Shown: positions 35,920 to 46,254, counted from the stretch's first letter. The stretch is 64,000 bases of DNA from Christensenella sp. UBA6880 (GCA_002449145.1 DKCG01000024.1:14266-78265); one strand, 5' to 3'. Made by a program: numbers and translations. The notes: generated by a model from the sequence alone, not told the origin.

Positions 35920-36681
35920 ATGAGCAACGACGACAACGCAAAACTTAACGTCCGATTCCTTCCCAAAGGCGTGCAAAATCCGCAATTCGAGCAACGAGAA
36001 AGCGGCGTTGCGCATACGCCGTACAGTCGCGAAGTGGCGTTTTATACCTGCATTAAAAACGGTGACCTCGAAGGACTCAAAAGCAATATGGCGAGTTTTA
36101 TGAGCGAAGCGTTGGTCGTGGGCAGAATGAGCGACGACAATTTGCGCCAAGTCAAGTATCTTGCCGTCAGTTGTATTACGCTTGCCACGCGCTACGCCGT
36201 CGAAGGCGGACTTATGGAAAGCGAGGCGTACAACCTCTCGGACGCGTACATTCAAACCGTAGATAAGACGGATTCGCCTGAAGAAATAATGAATTTTCTC
36301 ATCGAAAAGGCGACCGAACTTACTATGCTCGTGAAAAGTCACCGCCAAAGGCTGGAATATCCGCCGTATATCCGCAAGGCGATAAAAGTTGTGAACGCGA
36401 GGCTCCACGAAAGACTGACTTGCGACGACGTTGCGAGCGAGTGCGGCGTGAGCGCGGATTATCTGTCGCAAAAATTCAAAAAGTACGTCGGCGTAAGTTT
36501 GCACAAATACATCGTTACGCAAAAACTCGAAGCGTCCAAAACTCTGCTTGCAAGTGGTGTGGAATACGGCGAAATCGGCTATTATTTCGGGTTCTGCTCG
36601 CAAACGCACTACATTCAGTGCTTCAAAAAAGAGTACGGAATGACCCCCAAAGAGTATATCGCCTTAAACGCAACCGTTTGA
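35920..36681 (+). CDS. AraC-family transcriptional regulator
   Basis: 253 aa. C-terminal double HTH: LTCDDVASECGVSADYLSQKFKKYVGVSLHKYI...GFCSQTHYIQCFKKEYGMTPKEY. Confidence 0.85.
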   Translation: MSNDDNAKLNVRFLPKGVQNPQFEQRESGVAHTPYSREVAFYTCIKNGDLEGLKSNMASFMSEALVVGRMSDDNLRQVKYLAVSCITLATRYAVEGGLMESEAYNLSDAYIQTVDKTDSPEEIMNFLIEKATELTMLVKSHRQRLEYPPYIRKAIKVVNARLHERLTCDDVASECGVSADYLSQKFKKYVGVSLHKYIVTQKLEASKTLLASGVEYGEIGYYFGFCSQTHYIQCFKKEYGMTPKEYIALNATV

Positions 36682-36791
36682 GTGCGCCTTAAATTAGCGA
36701 AAAAAGTGCGAAAATGTCGCGTTTTTTTGAAAAAATTTAGCAAAAATCGGTAACCGAAATAGGATACGAACGTTTTTATAGTGAGGAATGA

Positions 36792-37271
36792 ATGAAAAAC
36801 ACCGCTTGGGAAAACCTGTTTAAGAAATACTACAACGAGGCTCTCTTGTACGTGTTTTCGTTCTGCCACAATCGCACGCTCGCCGAGGACATCGTGCAGG
36901 AAGCGTATATGCGCGCAATCCGCTCTATCGACGAGGAAAAAGACGGATTTAAGTTCTGGCTGTTCAAGGTGTGTCGCAATCTCTACTTCGATATGCTCAG
37001 AAAAAACAAGAGAATCGAAGGGATAGAGGGCGACGTGCAGTCGGACGATTCGCTTGTGGACGACGTGATTCAAAAGGACGAATACCGCGCGCTCTACAAG
37101 GCTATATCACTATTGAAAGACGGCTATCGCGAGGTCGTGCGGCTCTATTATTTCGACTCGATGTCCGTCAAGGAAATAGCGTCCATCGTCGGCGAATCCA
37201 CGGACAACGTGAAGATTCAACTGTATAGAGCGAGGCTCAAACTCAAAGAAATTTTGGAGGCAAATATATGA
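36792..37271 (+). CDS. ECF-type RNA polymerase sigma-70 family factor
   Basis: 159 aa. Region 2 (LAEDIVQEAYMRA) and region 4 (YREVVRLYYFDSMSVKEIASIVGESTDNVKIQLYRARLKLKE). Confidence 0.85.
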   Translation: MKNTAWENLFKKYYNEALLYVFSFCHNRTLAEDIVQEAYMRAIRSIDEEKDGFKFWLFKVCRNLYFDMLRKNKRIEGIEGDVQSDDSLVDDVIQKDEYRALYKAISLLKDGYREVVRLYYFDSMSVKEIASIVGESTDNVKIQLYRARLKLKEILEANI

Positions 37272-37831
37272 ATTTTGACGAAGCGTTCAACCACTGTCGG
37301 GACGGTGTCGCCACCGAAGAAGAAAAACAATTCGTAAAAGAGCAACTTGCAAAAGCCAACGAGTTTTTGCAAAACGAGTCCGTGCGCGAGGAATCGCCGG
37401 TTAAGGAAGCGGACGCGGAAGACGTGAAAAAAGCCAAAAAGAAATTCAAATGGAAATATATCGTCATTCCGTTCTGCTCGCTCGTATGTGCGCTTGCGGT
37501 CATTGCCGCAATCCTGGGCGGTGTGTTCGGATCGGCGGCGTCGTACGCCAAAAAGTCGGCTGTGTATTCAAAATCCGCTTGCATCGATATTGCAAAGGCA
37601 AAAGCATTCGAATTTGTCAGCGATTCCAACAACTTCACGTATGTCAACGCTGCAAGCAAAGACGACTTCCAAACCGAAGACGCGGAAGCGGACTTCAACT
37701 ACAACGGCAAGGATTTGAAAAACAGTTATTACACGTATATCATCGAACTCGAAGTCAAGCGCAGCGATTTCGAAATCAAAATCGAGGTCGACACGAGAAA
37801 CGGCGATTGCAAGGTTATAAAAGTAGATTGA
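37268..37831 (+). CDS. Membrane protein with C-terminal PepSY-like domain, putative anti-sigma factor
   Basis: 187 aa with a 4-nt overlap with the sigma gene. It has a central TM segment (YIVIPFCSLVCALAVIAAILGGVF) and a PepSY-like end (YIIELEVKRSDFEIKIEVDTRNGDCKVIKVD). Confidence 0.55.
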   Translation: MNFDEAFNHCRDGVATEEEKQFVKEQLAKANEFLQNESVREESPVKEADAEDVKKAKKKFKWKYIVIPFCSLVCALAVIAAILGGVFGSAASYAKKSAVYSKSACIDIAKAKAFEFVSDSNNFTYVNAASKDDFQTEDAEADFNYNGKDLKNSYYTYIIELEVKRSDFEIKIEVDTRNGDCKVIKVD

Positions 37832-37863
37832 CCTTTCAAGACGCAAAGCGAAAAATAGCATTT

Positions 37864-37897
37864 AAGGAACGTTTTTTCAAGGCGTTCCTTTCTTTTT
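37864..37897 (+). terminator. Intrinsic terminator after the sigma/anti-sigma operon
   Basis: aaggaacg ... cgttcctt stem followed by TCTTTTT. Confidence 0.6.
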
Positions 37898-37952
37898 GTA
37901 TTCTACAAAATATTCCACTAATTTTTGTATAGCGTTTGCATACAATAGTTGT

Positions 37953-38666
37953 ATGTGGTCAAACGTGATTAGCATCGGCAAAGAGTACGGAAAGGAAATC
38001 GACTATATCCTTAAAAAACTTCAATGCACAAAAGACGTGTCCTATGCAACGGAAGAAAACGACGAGAGAATATGGATATATCTTGCGTCGTCTTGCGACG
38101 TTTCGCAAAAAATCGAAAACGAAATGTATCGCACGCTTGCGGTCGTGTTTTTGTCGTATCTAAAACTCAGATTCTTTCTGGAAAGATTGCCCGTTCACCG
38201 TATGTCGTACGCAAAGTGCGCACTGATTTGTTCGATGCTTCATTTTGACAAGGACTTTGAAGAAAACGTCGTGGCAAAGGTGTTGTCCGATTCGATGGAC
38301 TACAACATTGACGGACTTTTCAATTTTCGTATGCGCTCATTAAAAGACGCTTGGGCGGAAATTGCGGACGTGGCGTCGAGATTGCTCGAAGGAAGCGAGG
38401 GCGACAAGGACGTTTTCGACATAGCGGCGTTTATATCGGGAAGCGACGGCGGAAAGAACAGAATCGCAACCGACGGCAAAATCGTCGAGAATCTGACCGA
38501 AAGACGCAGGGTTGAAATCGTGAGATTGTTCAACGAGGAAGAATACAATTTGCTCGACGCGATAATAAAAGAAAAACCTTGCGAAATATACGTCGAAAGG
38601 AACGGTTTTTCGGACGGACTCAACAACGCTTTGCGAAAAATCGCAAAAGTGATAGAGAAAGCCTAA
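37953..38666 (+). CDS. YtxC-like sporulation protein, putative
   Basis: About 237 aa from ATG 37953 (the ORF-track start is a TTG inside the upstream terminator). NIDGLFNFRMRSLKDAW resembles the YtxC-family G-x-x-x-FRL motif. No SD was seen, so the start is uncertain. Confidence 0.4.
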   Translation: MWSNVISIGKEYGKEIDYILKKLQCTKDVSYATEENDERIWIYLASSCDVSQKIENEMYRTLAVVFLSYLKLRFFLERLPVHRMSYAKCALICSMLHFDKDFEENVVAKVLSDSMDYNIDGLFNFRMRSLKDAWAEIADVASRLLEGSEGDKDVFDIAAFISGSDGGKNRIATDGKIVENLTERRRVEIVRLFNEEEYNLLDAIIKEKPCEIYVERNGFSDGLNNALRKIAKVIEKA

Positions 38667-38790
38667 AACACGATTTGTGTCGCAATTTGTTGTTTTTAGA
38701 AGAAAAATGGCAAAAAATATTGTTTTTTGAGAGCAATAATACACGATAAGTGTATAACGCAAACAAATTGCGACACAAATCGTGTTTTAG
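38663..38790. repeat. Perfect 29-bp inverted repeat flanking a 70-bp AT-rich spacer
   Basis: ctaaaacacgatttgtgtcgcaatttgtt (38663-38691) is exactly reverse-complementary to 38762-38790. The left arm overlaps the ytxC-like stop codon. Confidence 0.9.
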
Positions 38791-39128
38791 TAAAACTTGT
38801 TCGAAGACGGAACGCGAGCCGCAAGGCGGCGAGGAAGCGAGCGCCGAACTTGACGGAAAGTACAAGTGAACGGGCGAGTGTAGATTTTTTTCGCCCGTGA
38901 ACGAGTGGCATAAGTAGAGAACGATACCTTTTTATGTGAGTGCCGAGTGTTGCCCCACGCGAAGCGGACGCCGTGGGTTCCCTCAAAGTATGCAGAGGGG
39001 GAACGGCGGGCGGGGAAACACGTGAGGAAGGGGAAATTTTTATTTAGAGTTTACGCCGCCAAAATTTTGTAGAGAAAGAACAAAACACGTGATAGATGGA
39101 AAATTATATTTTGGTGTGTTTTTACACA

Positions 39129-39158
39129 ATAAAAAAGGCAGGCGCTGCGCCTGCCTTC
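39129..39158 (-). terminator. Intrinsic terminator of serC-serA
   Basis: ggcaggcgc/gcgcctgcc stem, with a T-run on the minus strand (A6 at 39131-39136). Confidence 0.7.
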
Positions 39159-39175
39159 TCAAAAGTTTTAACTTA

Positions 39176-40261
39176 TCAATAAACTTTTCTCGCTCTTATC
39201 ACGTCGTCGCCGTCGATTGTCAAATCGGTGTCGGTGTCGATAATCGTGTAGCGAAGCCCGTTTCTCGTCGCACTGATTCCGCCGAATCTGTTTTCGCCCG
39301 TATCCGTCGAAATGACGGTGTAGCGATGAGCCGCGCTCATTGGCGCTTTGACGTTGGGCAAATTGACAGAGTTGGTGACGTTTCCGTTTTCGAGATAATC
39401 TTTAAGTTCGCCTGCCGCCATAACCGCGCAGTTGTCTTCGGCTTCTTCGGTGGACGCGCCGAGGTGCGGTATTGCAACGATTCCGTGTACGCCTATGCAA
39501 TTTTCGTCGGGGAAATCCACGACGTATTTGCGAAGTTTTTTGCTTTCGAGAGCGGCTTTTATTGCGTTTACGTCGCAAAGTTCACCGCGTGCGGCGTTGA
39601 TTATAATCACGCCGTCTTTCATCGTCGCAAGGCTTTCGGCGTTTACGAGACCTTTCGTTTGCGGTGTCATAGGCATATGAAGGGTCACGAAGTCTGCGTC
39701 TGCCCAAGCGGATTGCATAGTGTCGAAAATCGTTACGAAGGGGATTTCCGCTTTTGCCGCTTCGGATATGAACGGGTCGTAACCCACGATATTCATTCCG
39801 AGCGCGTGCGCGGATATTGCGACTTTTCTGCCAATCGCGCCGAGACCCAAAACACAAAGTGTTTTGCCTGCGATTTCGCTGCCTGCAAACTGACCTTTGC
39901 CTTTTTCCACTTGTTTTGCAACGTCGTCGCCTTTAAGGGTGCTTGCCCATTCGATTGCTTCGGACACGTTGCGCGCGCCGATAATAAGTGCGGCAATGAC
40001 GAGTTCCTTGACGGCGTTTGCGTTTGCGCCGGGGGTGTTGAACACGCAGATACCTTTTTTAGCGTAGTCCGCGTGCGGAATATTGTTCACGCCCGCGCCC
40101 GCTCTTGCGACTGCCAAAAGCGAGGACGGAACGGCGTATTCTTCCATTTTGAAAGAGCGTACGAGTATGCCGACGGGGTTCTCGCTCGAATCGGTGAGAT
40201 TGTAGCCGTCAAGCACGGGATTTGCGAGTTTGGATATAGAATTGAGTTTGAGTACGTCCAT
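39176..40261 (-). CDS. serA: D-3-phosphoglycerate dehydrogenase
   Basis: 361 aa. NAD-binding GLGAIGRKVA, AGAGVNNIP and ARGELCD motifs of 2-hydroxyacid dehydrogenases. Adjacent to serC. Confidence 0.85.
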   Translation of the reverse strand: MDVLKLNSISKLANPVLDGYNLTDSSENPVGILVRSFKMEEYAVPSSLLAVARAGAGVNNIPHADYAKKGICVFNTPGANANAVKELVIAALIIGARNVSEAIEWASTLKGDDVAKQVEKGKGQFAGSEIAGKTLCVLGLGAIGRKVAISAHALGMNIVGYDPFISEAAKAEIPFVTIFDTMQSAWADADFVTLHMPMTPQTKGLVNAESLATMKDGVIIINAARGELCDVNAIKAALESKKLRKYVVDFPDENCIGVHGIVAIPHLGASTEEAEDNCAVMAAGELKDYLENGNVTNSVNLPNVKAPMSAAHRYTVISTDTGENRFGGISATRNGLRYTIIDTDTDLTIDGDDVIRARKVY

Positions 40262-40279
40262 AGTTTGCCTCGCTTGCGA

Positions 40280-41356
40280 TTATTTGTTTTCGAGTTCGAA
40301 TTTCTTCATAAACTCGATGAGTGCTTTCACGCCTTCTACGGGCATTGCGTTGTAAATCGACGCTCTCATACCGCCCACGAGTTTGTGACCTTTGAGGCTG
40401 ACAAGTCCCGCTTGTTCTGCTTCTTTGACGAATTTTGCGTTGAGTTCGTCGCTCGGCGACACGAAAGGCACGTTCATAAGCGAGCGGCTTTGTTTCTCGA
40501 CGAAGTTGTTGTAGAAGTCGCTCTCGTCGATGAAGTCGTAAAGCATTTTGGCTTTTTCGCGGTTGATTTGTTCCATAACCTTAACGCCGCCGAGTTTTTT
40601 GAGGTGACGAAGGTTGAGCATCATCATATAAATCGACCAGCAAGGCGGTGTGTTGTACAAACTGTTTGCGTCGATTTGCGTGCGATATTTGAGCATAGTG
40701 GGGCAGATGGGAAGTTCGCCGCCGAGCATATCCTCTTTGACGATGACGAGGGTTACGCCGGCGGGGGCGAGATTCTTTTGCGCGCCCGCATAAATGAGAG
40801 AATACTTTTTGGGGTTGATGACCTCGCTCATAATGCACGAGGACAAGTCCGCAACGAGGGGGACGTCGCCGGTGTCGGGCAACGTGTTGTATTTCAAGCC
40901 GAAAATGGTGTTGTTTTCGGTGATATGAACGTAACTTGCGTCTTGTCTGAAATCTTCGCGCGCGGTTTTGGGAATATAGGTGAATTTTTTGTCTTCACTC
41001 GAAGCGACGAGGCGAATATCGCCGTATTTTTGCGCTTCTTTGTAGGCTTTTTTGGCAAAGTTACCGGTCACGATATAGTCTGCTTTTCCCGTCTTCAAAA
41101 GGTTGAGCGGAATCGCCTCGAATTGCGTGGACGCGCCGCCCTGAACCATAATGACGTGATAGTCGTCGGGAAGATTCATAAGTTCGCGCACGAGGTCGAG
41201 GGCTTCGGTGTTGATGGCGTCGTACCATTTCGAGCGGTGGCTCATTTCCATAACGCTCATACCCGAACCGTTGTAATCGGCGATATTTTTGCCCGCTTCC
41301 TCGATGACTTCGAGCGGAAGCATGCTCGGACCTGCCGAGAAATTGTAAACTCTCAT
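40280..41356 (-). CDS. serC: Phosphoserine aminotransferase
   Basis: 358 aa. Motifs: MRVYNFSAGPSMLPLEV, GAQKNLAPAGVT and GGMRASIYNAMP. Confidence 0.9.
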   Translation of the reverse strand: MRVYNFSAGPSMLPLEVIEEAGKNIADYNGSGMSVMEMSHRSKWYDAINTEALDLVRELMNLPDDYHVIMVQGGASTQFEAIPLNLLKTGKADYIVTGNFAKKAYKEAQKYGDIRLVASSEDKKFTYIPKTAREDFRQDASYVHITENNTIFGLKYNTLPDTGDVPLVADLSSCIMSEVINPKKYSLIYAGAQKNLAPAGVTLVIVKEDMLGGELPICPTMLKYRTQIDANSLYNTPPCWSIYMMMLNLRHLKKLGGVKVMEQINREKAKMLYDFIDESDFYNNFVEKQSRSLMNVPFVSPSDELNAKFVKEAEQAGLVSLKGHKLVGGMRASIYNAMPVEGVKALIEFMKKFELENK

Positions 41357-41654
41357 AAAATTCTCCTTTTTATAGTCATAATCGCATTCGCAAACGCGAC
41401 TTTGTATACTATAATCGTAAAGGCAAAAACGAGGTTTGTAAAGATTTATTTTCGCACAAACGTATGCTTTTCGGCACTTTTTGGCGAAACTCTTGCGTAA
41501 GCGCGCGTTTTGGTGTAATATAGTAAATTAGAAAAATATGCGTGCAAAATCAAAACTTATTGTTATACATTAATAACTTTGAGTGACGTCGAGCGAGCGT
41601 CGCTTAAAATGAAATTTACCGCATAGAAAAATACGAATTTAACGGAGATATATA

Positions 41655-43301
41655 ATGGCAAAAAACGCAAAAACAGTTAAGGTGACCTTCCTCGGCGGCG
41701 TAGGCGAGGTGGGCAAAAATATGACCGCAATAGAGTGCGGCGACGATATGATTATCGTCGATTGCGGCGTTTCTTTCGCAACGAGCGAGGAAGCCCCCGG
41801 CATCGACGCAATCATACCCGACATAACCTACGTAAAAGAGAATATATCAAAACTTCGCGGCATCGTGCTCACTCACGGTCACGAGGACCACATCGGCGCA
41901 ATCCCGTACTATGCCGACGAACTCAAAAACATACCGATTTACGGCACTGCGCTCACAATCGGACTTTTGAAAAGAAAACTCGACAAAAGCGGCAAAAAAT
42001 GCAATCTCGTCGTGGTGTCTGCGGGCGATACGATAACGCTCGGAGCATTCAAAGTCGAGTTTATCAAAGTTTGTCACTCGATGGCGGGTGCGTGCGCGCT
42101 TGCGATAACCACGCCAGTGGGTACGGTGTTCGTCACGGGCGACTTCAAGATTGACAATACGCCCATCGACGGCAAGAAAACCGACATCGGCCGCATTGCG
42201 GAAATCGGCGCAAAGGGCGTGCTTCTTATGCTCGGCGAGTCCACGAACGTGGAAAGAAAGGGCAGTTCCACGTCCGAAAAAGTCGTGGGGCAAACGCTTG
42301 AAAACATCTTTGCTTCGAACCCCGACAAGAGAATCGTCATTGCGTGCTTCGCATCGTCCAACTACCGCGTGCAACAAGTGCTTACTCTCGCTCACAAGTA
42401 TCACAGGAAAGTCGTGCTTGCGGGCAGAAGTATGAAAGGTATGGTCGACGTTGCGTCCGCTTGCGGCGAGTTGCAAGTTCCAAAGGGCGTAATTGCGGAC
42501 AGCGTGGGCAAACTGCTTCCGAGCGAAACGGTTATTTTGGCAACCGGTTCGCAAGGCGAACCGCTTTCCGCTCTCAACAAACTCTCGAAAGGCGAGTTCA
42601 ACAAGATTAACATCGGACCGCAAGACCTCGTCGTCTTGTCATCGTCGCCTATCCCCGGCAACGAAAAATCCGTGTACGACGTCATAAACGACCTTTTCAG
42701 AAAGGGCGCAAACGTCATATACGACGCAATGAACGACATTCACGTTTCGGGTCACGCTTACGAGGAAGAACTCAAACTTATGCTCACCCTCGTGCAACCC
42801 GAGTACTTTATGCCCGTACACGGGGAATATCGTCATCAGTTCAAGCACGCCGAAATCGCAAAAACGTTGGGCGTACCGTCAAAGAATATCGTCATTCCCA
42901 ACATCGGCGAGTGCTACGGCGTGAATCACAAGGGGATAAAGCAACACTCTAACGTCACGGCGGGCAACGCCTACGTTGACGGCGTAGTTCTCGAAGACGG
43001 CAAATCCGTCGTAAACGACAGAAAATCGCTTGCCGAATACGGTATGCTCGTGGTGCTTTGCGCCGTCGATACCGACCAAGGCAAGGTCGTTGGCGACGTG
43101 GACATCGTGGCAAGAGGATTCAACCTCACCGACGACGTGGTAAATTCCATAAAGAGCGCAACCGTGGACACGATAAACGGCGCAGACTTCGACAAAGCGG
43201 ACGTCAACGAGATTGCGAGAATGGTCAAAAAAGCGGTGAGAAAGTTGTTCTACAAGGACAGACAATTCCCCATAATCATTCCCGTCATCGTCGAGGACTG
43301 A
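41655..43301 (+). CDS. rnj: Ribonuclease J
   Basis: 548 aa. Motifs: VTFLGGVGEVGKNM, LTHGHEDHIGAIP, beta-CASP and HVSGHAYEEELKLM. Confidence 0.9.
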   Translation: MAKNAKTVKVTFLGGVGEVGKNMTAIECGDDMIIVDCGVSFATSEEAPGIDAIIPDITYVKENISKLRGIVLTHGHEDHIGAIPYYADELKNIPIYGTALTIGLLKRKLDKSGKKCNLVVVSAGDTITLGAFKVEFIKVCHSMAGACALAITTPVGTVFVTGDFKIDNTPIDGKKTDIGRIAEIGAKGVLLMLGESTNVERKGSSTSEKVVGQTLENIFASNPDKRIVIACFASSNYRVQQVLTLAHKYHRKVVLAGRSMKGMVDVASACGELQVPKGVIADSVGKLLPSETVILATGSQGEPLSALNKLSKGEFNKINIGPQDLVVLSSSPIPGNEKSVYDVINDLFRKGANVIYDAMNDIHVSGHAYEEELKLMLTLVQPEYFMPVHGEYRHQFKHAEIAKTLGVPSKNIVIPNIGECYGVNHKGIKQHSNVTAGNAYVDGVVLEDGKSVVNDRKSLAEYGMLVVLCAVDTDQGKVVGDVDIVARGFNLTDDVVNSIKSATVDTINGADFDKADVNEIARMVKKAVRKLFYKDRQFPIIIPVIVED

Positions 43302-43401
43302 CGGTCAAGCGCAACGAAAAACCAAAGTAAAAAATCGGCAAACGAATTTTCAAAAAACGTGCAAAAACGGCGTCGTTTTTTAGGAAAAAGAAGGTGCAAA
43401 A

Positions 43402-44490
43402 ATGTATAGAAAACGCATTATTTTGATACTCACTTCACGCGACGAAAGCGACGGCATATCGCAAAAAATCGCGGAAGCAATACGCAAAATCGGCACGCAT
43501 AACGTCGTGGTCATAAGCGACGACAAGTACGGTTCGGCAACAAAACTTTCCGCGCTCGACAGACTTATGGACAGCGGAAGCGAGTATCAGTATCTGCTCG
43601 AAAAAAAGGACAAGGGCGTTATCCGCGATATATTCAAACTCAAAAGTTTGTCAAAGCGCGTCAACCGCATAAACAACCTCATAAAGCGTTTTCACCCCGA
43701 GTACATTTTGTGCGTTACGCCGTACGCTCATCATTGCGCCGTCGAGGCAAAACGCAGAGCGCGTTTTGGCACGCAAATCATATATATTCTTCAATCCTTC
43801 ACGCTTCCAAAACGCGTACACGATGACGCAACCAACGTGTTTATCGTCGAAAACGCGGACGTAAAAGCCGATTTGGTGCGACAAGGCATAAAATCGAAGG
43901 ACGTTATGGTTATGGGACTTCCTTACGAGGCAGTGCCCAAAACGAGGGAAGAAATCATACTCAAAAAGCAAGAGGCAGGGCTTCCCAAAGTCAAAACCGT
44001 CTACGTCAACGTGCAGGAAAAAAAACAACTCGAAAACGTGTTCTCGCTTCTTCTCGACCAAGGCGAAATCGCAAATCTCGCCGTGTACGTCAAAGACGAG
44101 CGTATGCTTCAAACGTTGTCGTCTATGGCGGTTAAAGCACCCGAAACCAAAGTTTTGTTTTTGCAAAACGGCGAGCAAGCTGACGATTGTCTGCCCGTAT
44201 GCGACGTGGCAATCACGCAGTACGACCCCGCAACGCTTTACAAGTGCTTCAAACTCGGCGTGCCGAGCATAGTTGCAAAGAGCGGCGAACACGAGCAAGC
44301 GGACATATCCTATCTTGCCTCGCACGAACTCTGCCTCGTTGCCAAAAACGACCTCGACATAGTGGGACTTTTGTACAGACTCTTGCAGTCGGACGTCGGC
44401 GAGAAAATCGCCTCGAACGGCAAAAAATGGGTGGAAATGAGTTCGCTCGAAAATATTGCTAATTTCTTAACCGCCTACATTGCCGTTTGA
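43402..44490 (+). CDS. MGDG-synthase/UgtP-like glycosyltransferase family protein (divergent)
   Basis: 362 aa. The layout KRIILILTS...HPEYILCVTP...FIVENADVKADLVRQGIKSKDVMVMGLPY parallels the N-terminal domain of UgtP-type enzymes. The C-terminal nucleotide-sugar motifs look degenerate. Confidence 0.4.
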   Translation: MYRKRIILILTSRDESDGISQKIAEAIRKIGTHNVVVISDDKYGSATKLSALDRLMDSGSEYQYLLEKKDKGVIRDIFKLKSLSKRVNRINNLIKRFHPEYILCVTPYAHHCAVEAKRRARFGTQIIYILQSFTLPKRVHDDATNVFIVENADVKADLVRQGIKSKDVMVMGLPYEAVPKTREEIILKKQEAGLPKVKTVYVNVQEKKQLENVFSLLLDQGEIANLAVYVKDERMLQTLSSMAVKAPETKVLFLQNGEQADDCLPVCDVAITQYDPATLYKCFKLGVPSIVAKSGEHEQADISYLASHELCLVAKNDLDIVGLLYRLLQSDVGEKIASNGKKWVEMSSLENIANFLTAYIAV

Positions 44491-44871
44491 GCAAAAATCG
44501 TCGCCGAGGCAACGACAACACGCAGGTGTGCGCATTGCCGAGAGCCTCGCTCGATTTATTGCTCTGCTAACCGCGCAGAGAATTTGCGCTATCGGTTCAA
44601 GCAGGGATAAAAACTCACGCCGCAGTTTCGCCAAATTATCTGCTTGGTGAAGCGCACTGCGTGCGCAAGCGGTAAATTTGAACGGCGGTTGGGCGCGACG
44701 CGTCAAACAATACATTCGGTGAATGTGTTGTAGCCAAAGCGAACGAGGCGGATTGCCTCGCAAACGCCGAAGTCCAAACACGTGAGGAAGGGGGAAACTT
44801 AAATTAAAGTTATAGTTCTTGCGCGTAGAGGAAGAACGCAGCATAGATATAAACGGAAAACAGGATTCGAT

Positions 44872-46149
44872 ATGCCAAAGATAACCAAACTCAACGACAT
44901 TGCAAAAAAACAAGGATTCAGGCTCGGCGACGACGTGCTGCGTATCGGCGGCTACAAAATGGTCGACGAACTCGATTACCTTTTCTACGACAACGAAAAG
45001 AAATTTTCGGTGGATATTTTGCGCGACGGAAAAGAGCATACCGTAAAAGTCCACAAAAAAGAAGGGCAGTCGCTCGGACTCGAATTTGCAATCGATATGA
45101 AACCCGTCGTGTGCAAAAACAAGTGCATTTTTTGTTTCGTCGACCAACTTCCCAAAAATATGCGCCCAAGCCTTTACGTCAAGGACGACGACTACCGCTA
45201 CAGTTTTATGTGCGGCTCGTACGTCACTATGACCAACGTCACGGAAGAAGAAATTGAAAGAGTGATTCGCTTGAAACTCAGTCCGCTTTACATTTCCGTA
45301 CACGCGTGGGACGACGATATAAGGACGTATATTCTCAAAAATCCAAACACGAGAAAGTTGCCCGACCAAATGCGCAGACTCGGCGCAAACGGCATAAAAA
45401 TGCACACGCAACTCGTTGTCGTTCCCGACGTGAACGACGGCAAAGTGCTTGAAGACAGCATACGAGGATTGCACTCGGTCGAGGGCGTGGAAACGGTTGC
45501 GGTCGTGCCCGTGGGTATGACGGGGCATAGAGAAACGCTTGCCAAACTCAAAGCCGTTGACGAGCAGAATGCGAGAGACACCATAAAACTCGTCGAGGGA
45601 TTGAACGCCGAATACGGCGGCAATTTTTGTTGGTGCAGCGACGAGTATTACGTCAAGGCGAACATAGACGTTCCGAGCAGTTCATACTACGGCGCGTTCG
45701 ACCAAATCGAAAACGGCGTGGGACTTATCGCCGACTGGAAAGACAATTTCGAGTACAGCCTTTCGGAAGTGCCGACTATGAATCTCGGCAAAAAAATAGA
45801 CCTCATAACGGGCGTATCGTTTGCGCCCATACTCAAAGAGTACGCAAAGAAACTCGAAGCAAAACTCGGTCTGAAAGCGGAAGTGCACGCAATCGTAAAC
45901 AACTTTTTCGGCAAGAGTGTGACGGTTGCGGGGCTTGTGACTGCGGGCGATATAATCGACCAAGTGGGCGGCGTAAAGTCGGACGCATTCGTGATTCCCG
46001 ACAATATGCTTCGCGAATTTACCGACACTTTCCTCGACAACAAAACCGTCGAAGAAGTGGAAGCCGCACTCGGCGCGCCGATTATCGTCGTATCGCACAG
46101 CGGCAGCGACACGGCGCAAAAAATCGTCGAACACTTTGAAAACAAATAA
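44872..46149 (+). CDS. DUF512 protein (PDZ plus radical-SAM-like), the conserved upstream neighbour of der in Clostridia
   Basis: 425 aa. Motifs: GDDVLRIGGY (PDZ-like), CKNKCIFCFVDQLPKNMRPSLYVKDDDYRYSF. Confidence 0.75.
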   Translation: MPKITKLNDIAKKQGFRLGDDVLRIGGYKMVDELDYLFYDNEKKFSVDILRDGKEHTVKVHKKEGQSLGLEFAIDMKPVVCKNKCIFCFVDQLPKNMRPSLYVKDDDYRYSFMCGSYVTMTNVTEEEIERVIRLKLSPLYISVHAWDDDIRTYILKNPNTRKLPDQMRRLGANGIKMHTQLVVVPDVNDGKVLEDSIRGLHSVEGVETVAVVPVGMTGHRETLAKLKAVDEQNARDTIKLVEGLNAEYGGNFCWCSDEYYVKANIDVPSSSYYGAFDQIENGVGLIADWKDNFEYSLSEVPTMNLGKKIDLITGVSFAPILKEYAKKLEAKLGLKAEVHAIVNNFFGKSVTVAGLVTAGDIIDQVGGVKSDAFVIPDNMLREFTDTFLDNKTVEEVEAALGAPIIVVSHSGSDTAQKIVEHFENK

Positions 46150-46254
46150 AGAAAAACGATAAAACCGGTTTTGCGGCAAAAGTTCGCAAAACCGATAAAA
46201 ACGGCGTTTAATACGTCGAAAATAATAGATAAAATACGGAAACGGTGAAATAAT

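Noticed and set aside
39089-41500. 803-aa plus-strand ORF spanning serA and serC.
   Set aside because: It is antisense to two genes with unambiguous SerA and SerC motifs, SDs and a terminator. Its translation is low-complexity (R/F/V/H-rich) with no recognisable domain.
44467-45528. 353-aa minus-strand ORF overlapping the DUF512 gene and the upstream hairpin-rich region.
   Set aside because: It is antisense to a well-supported gene and has no SD or recognisable motifs.
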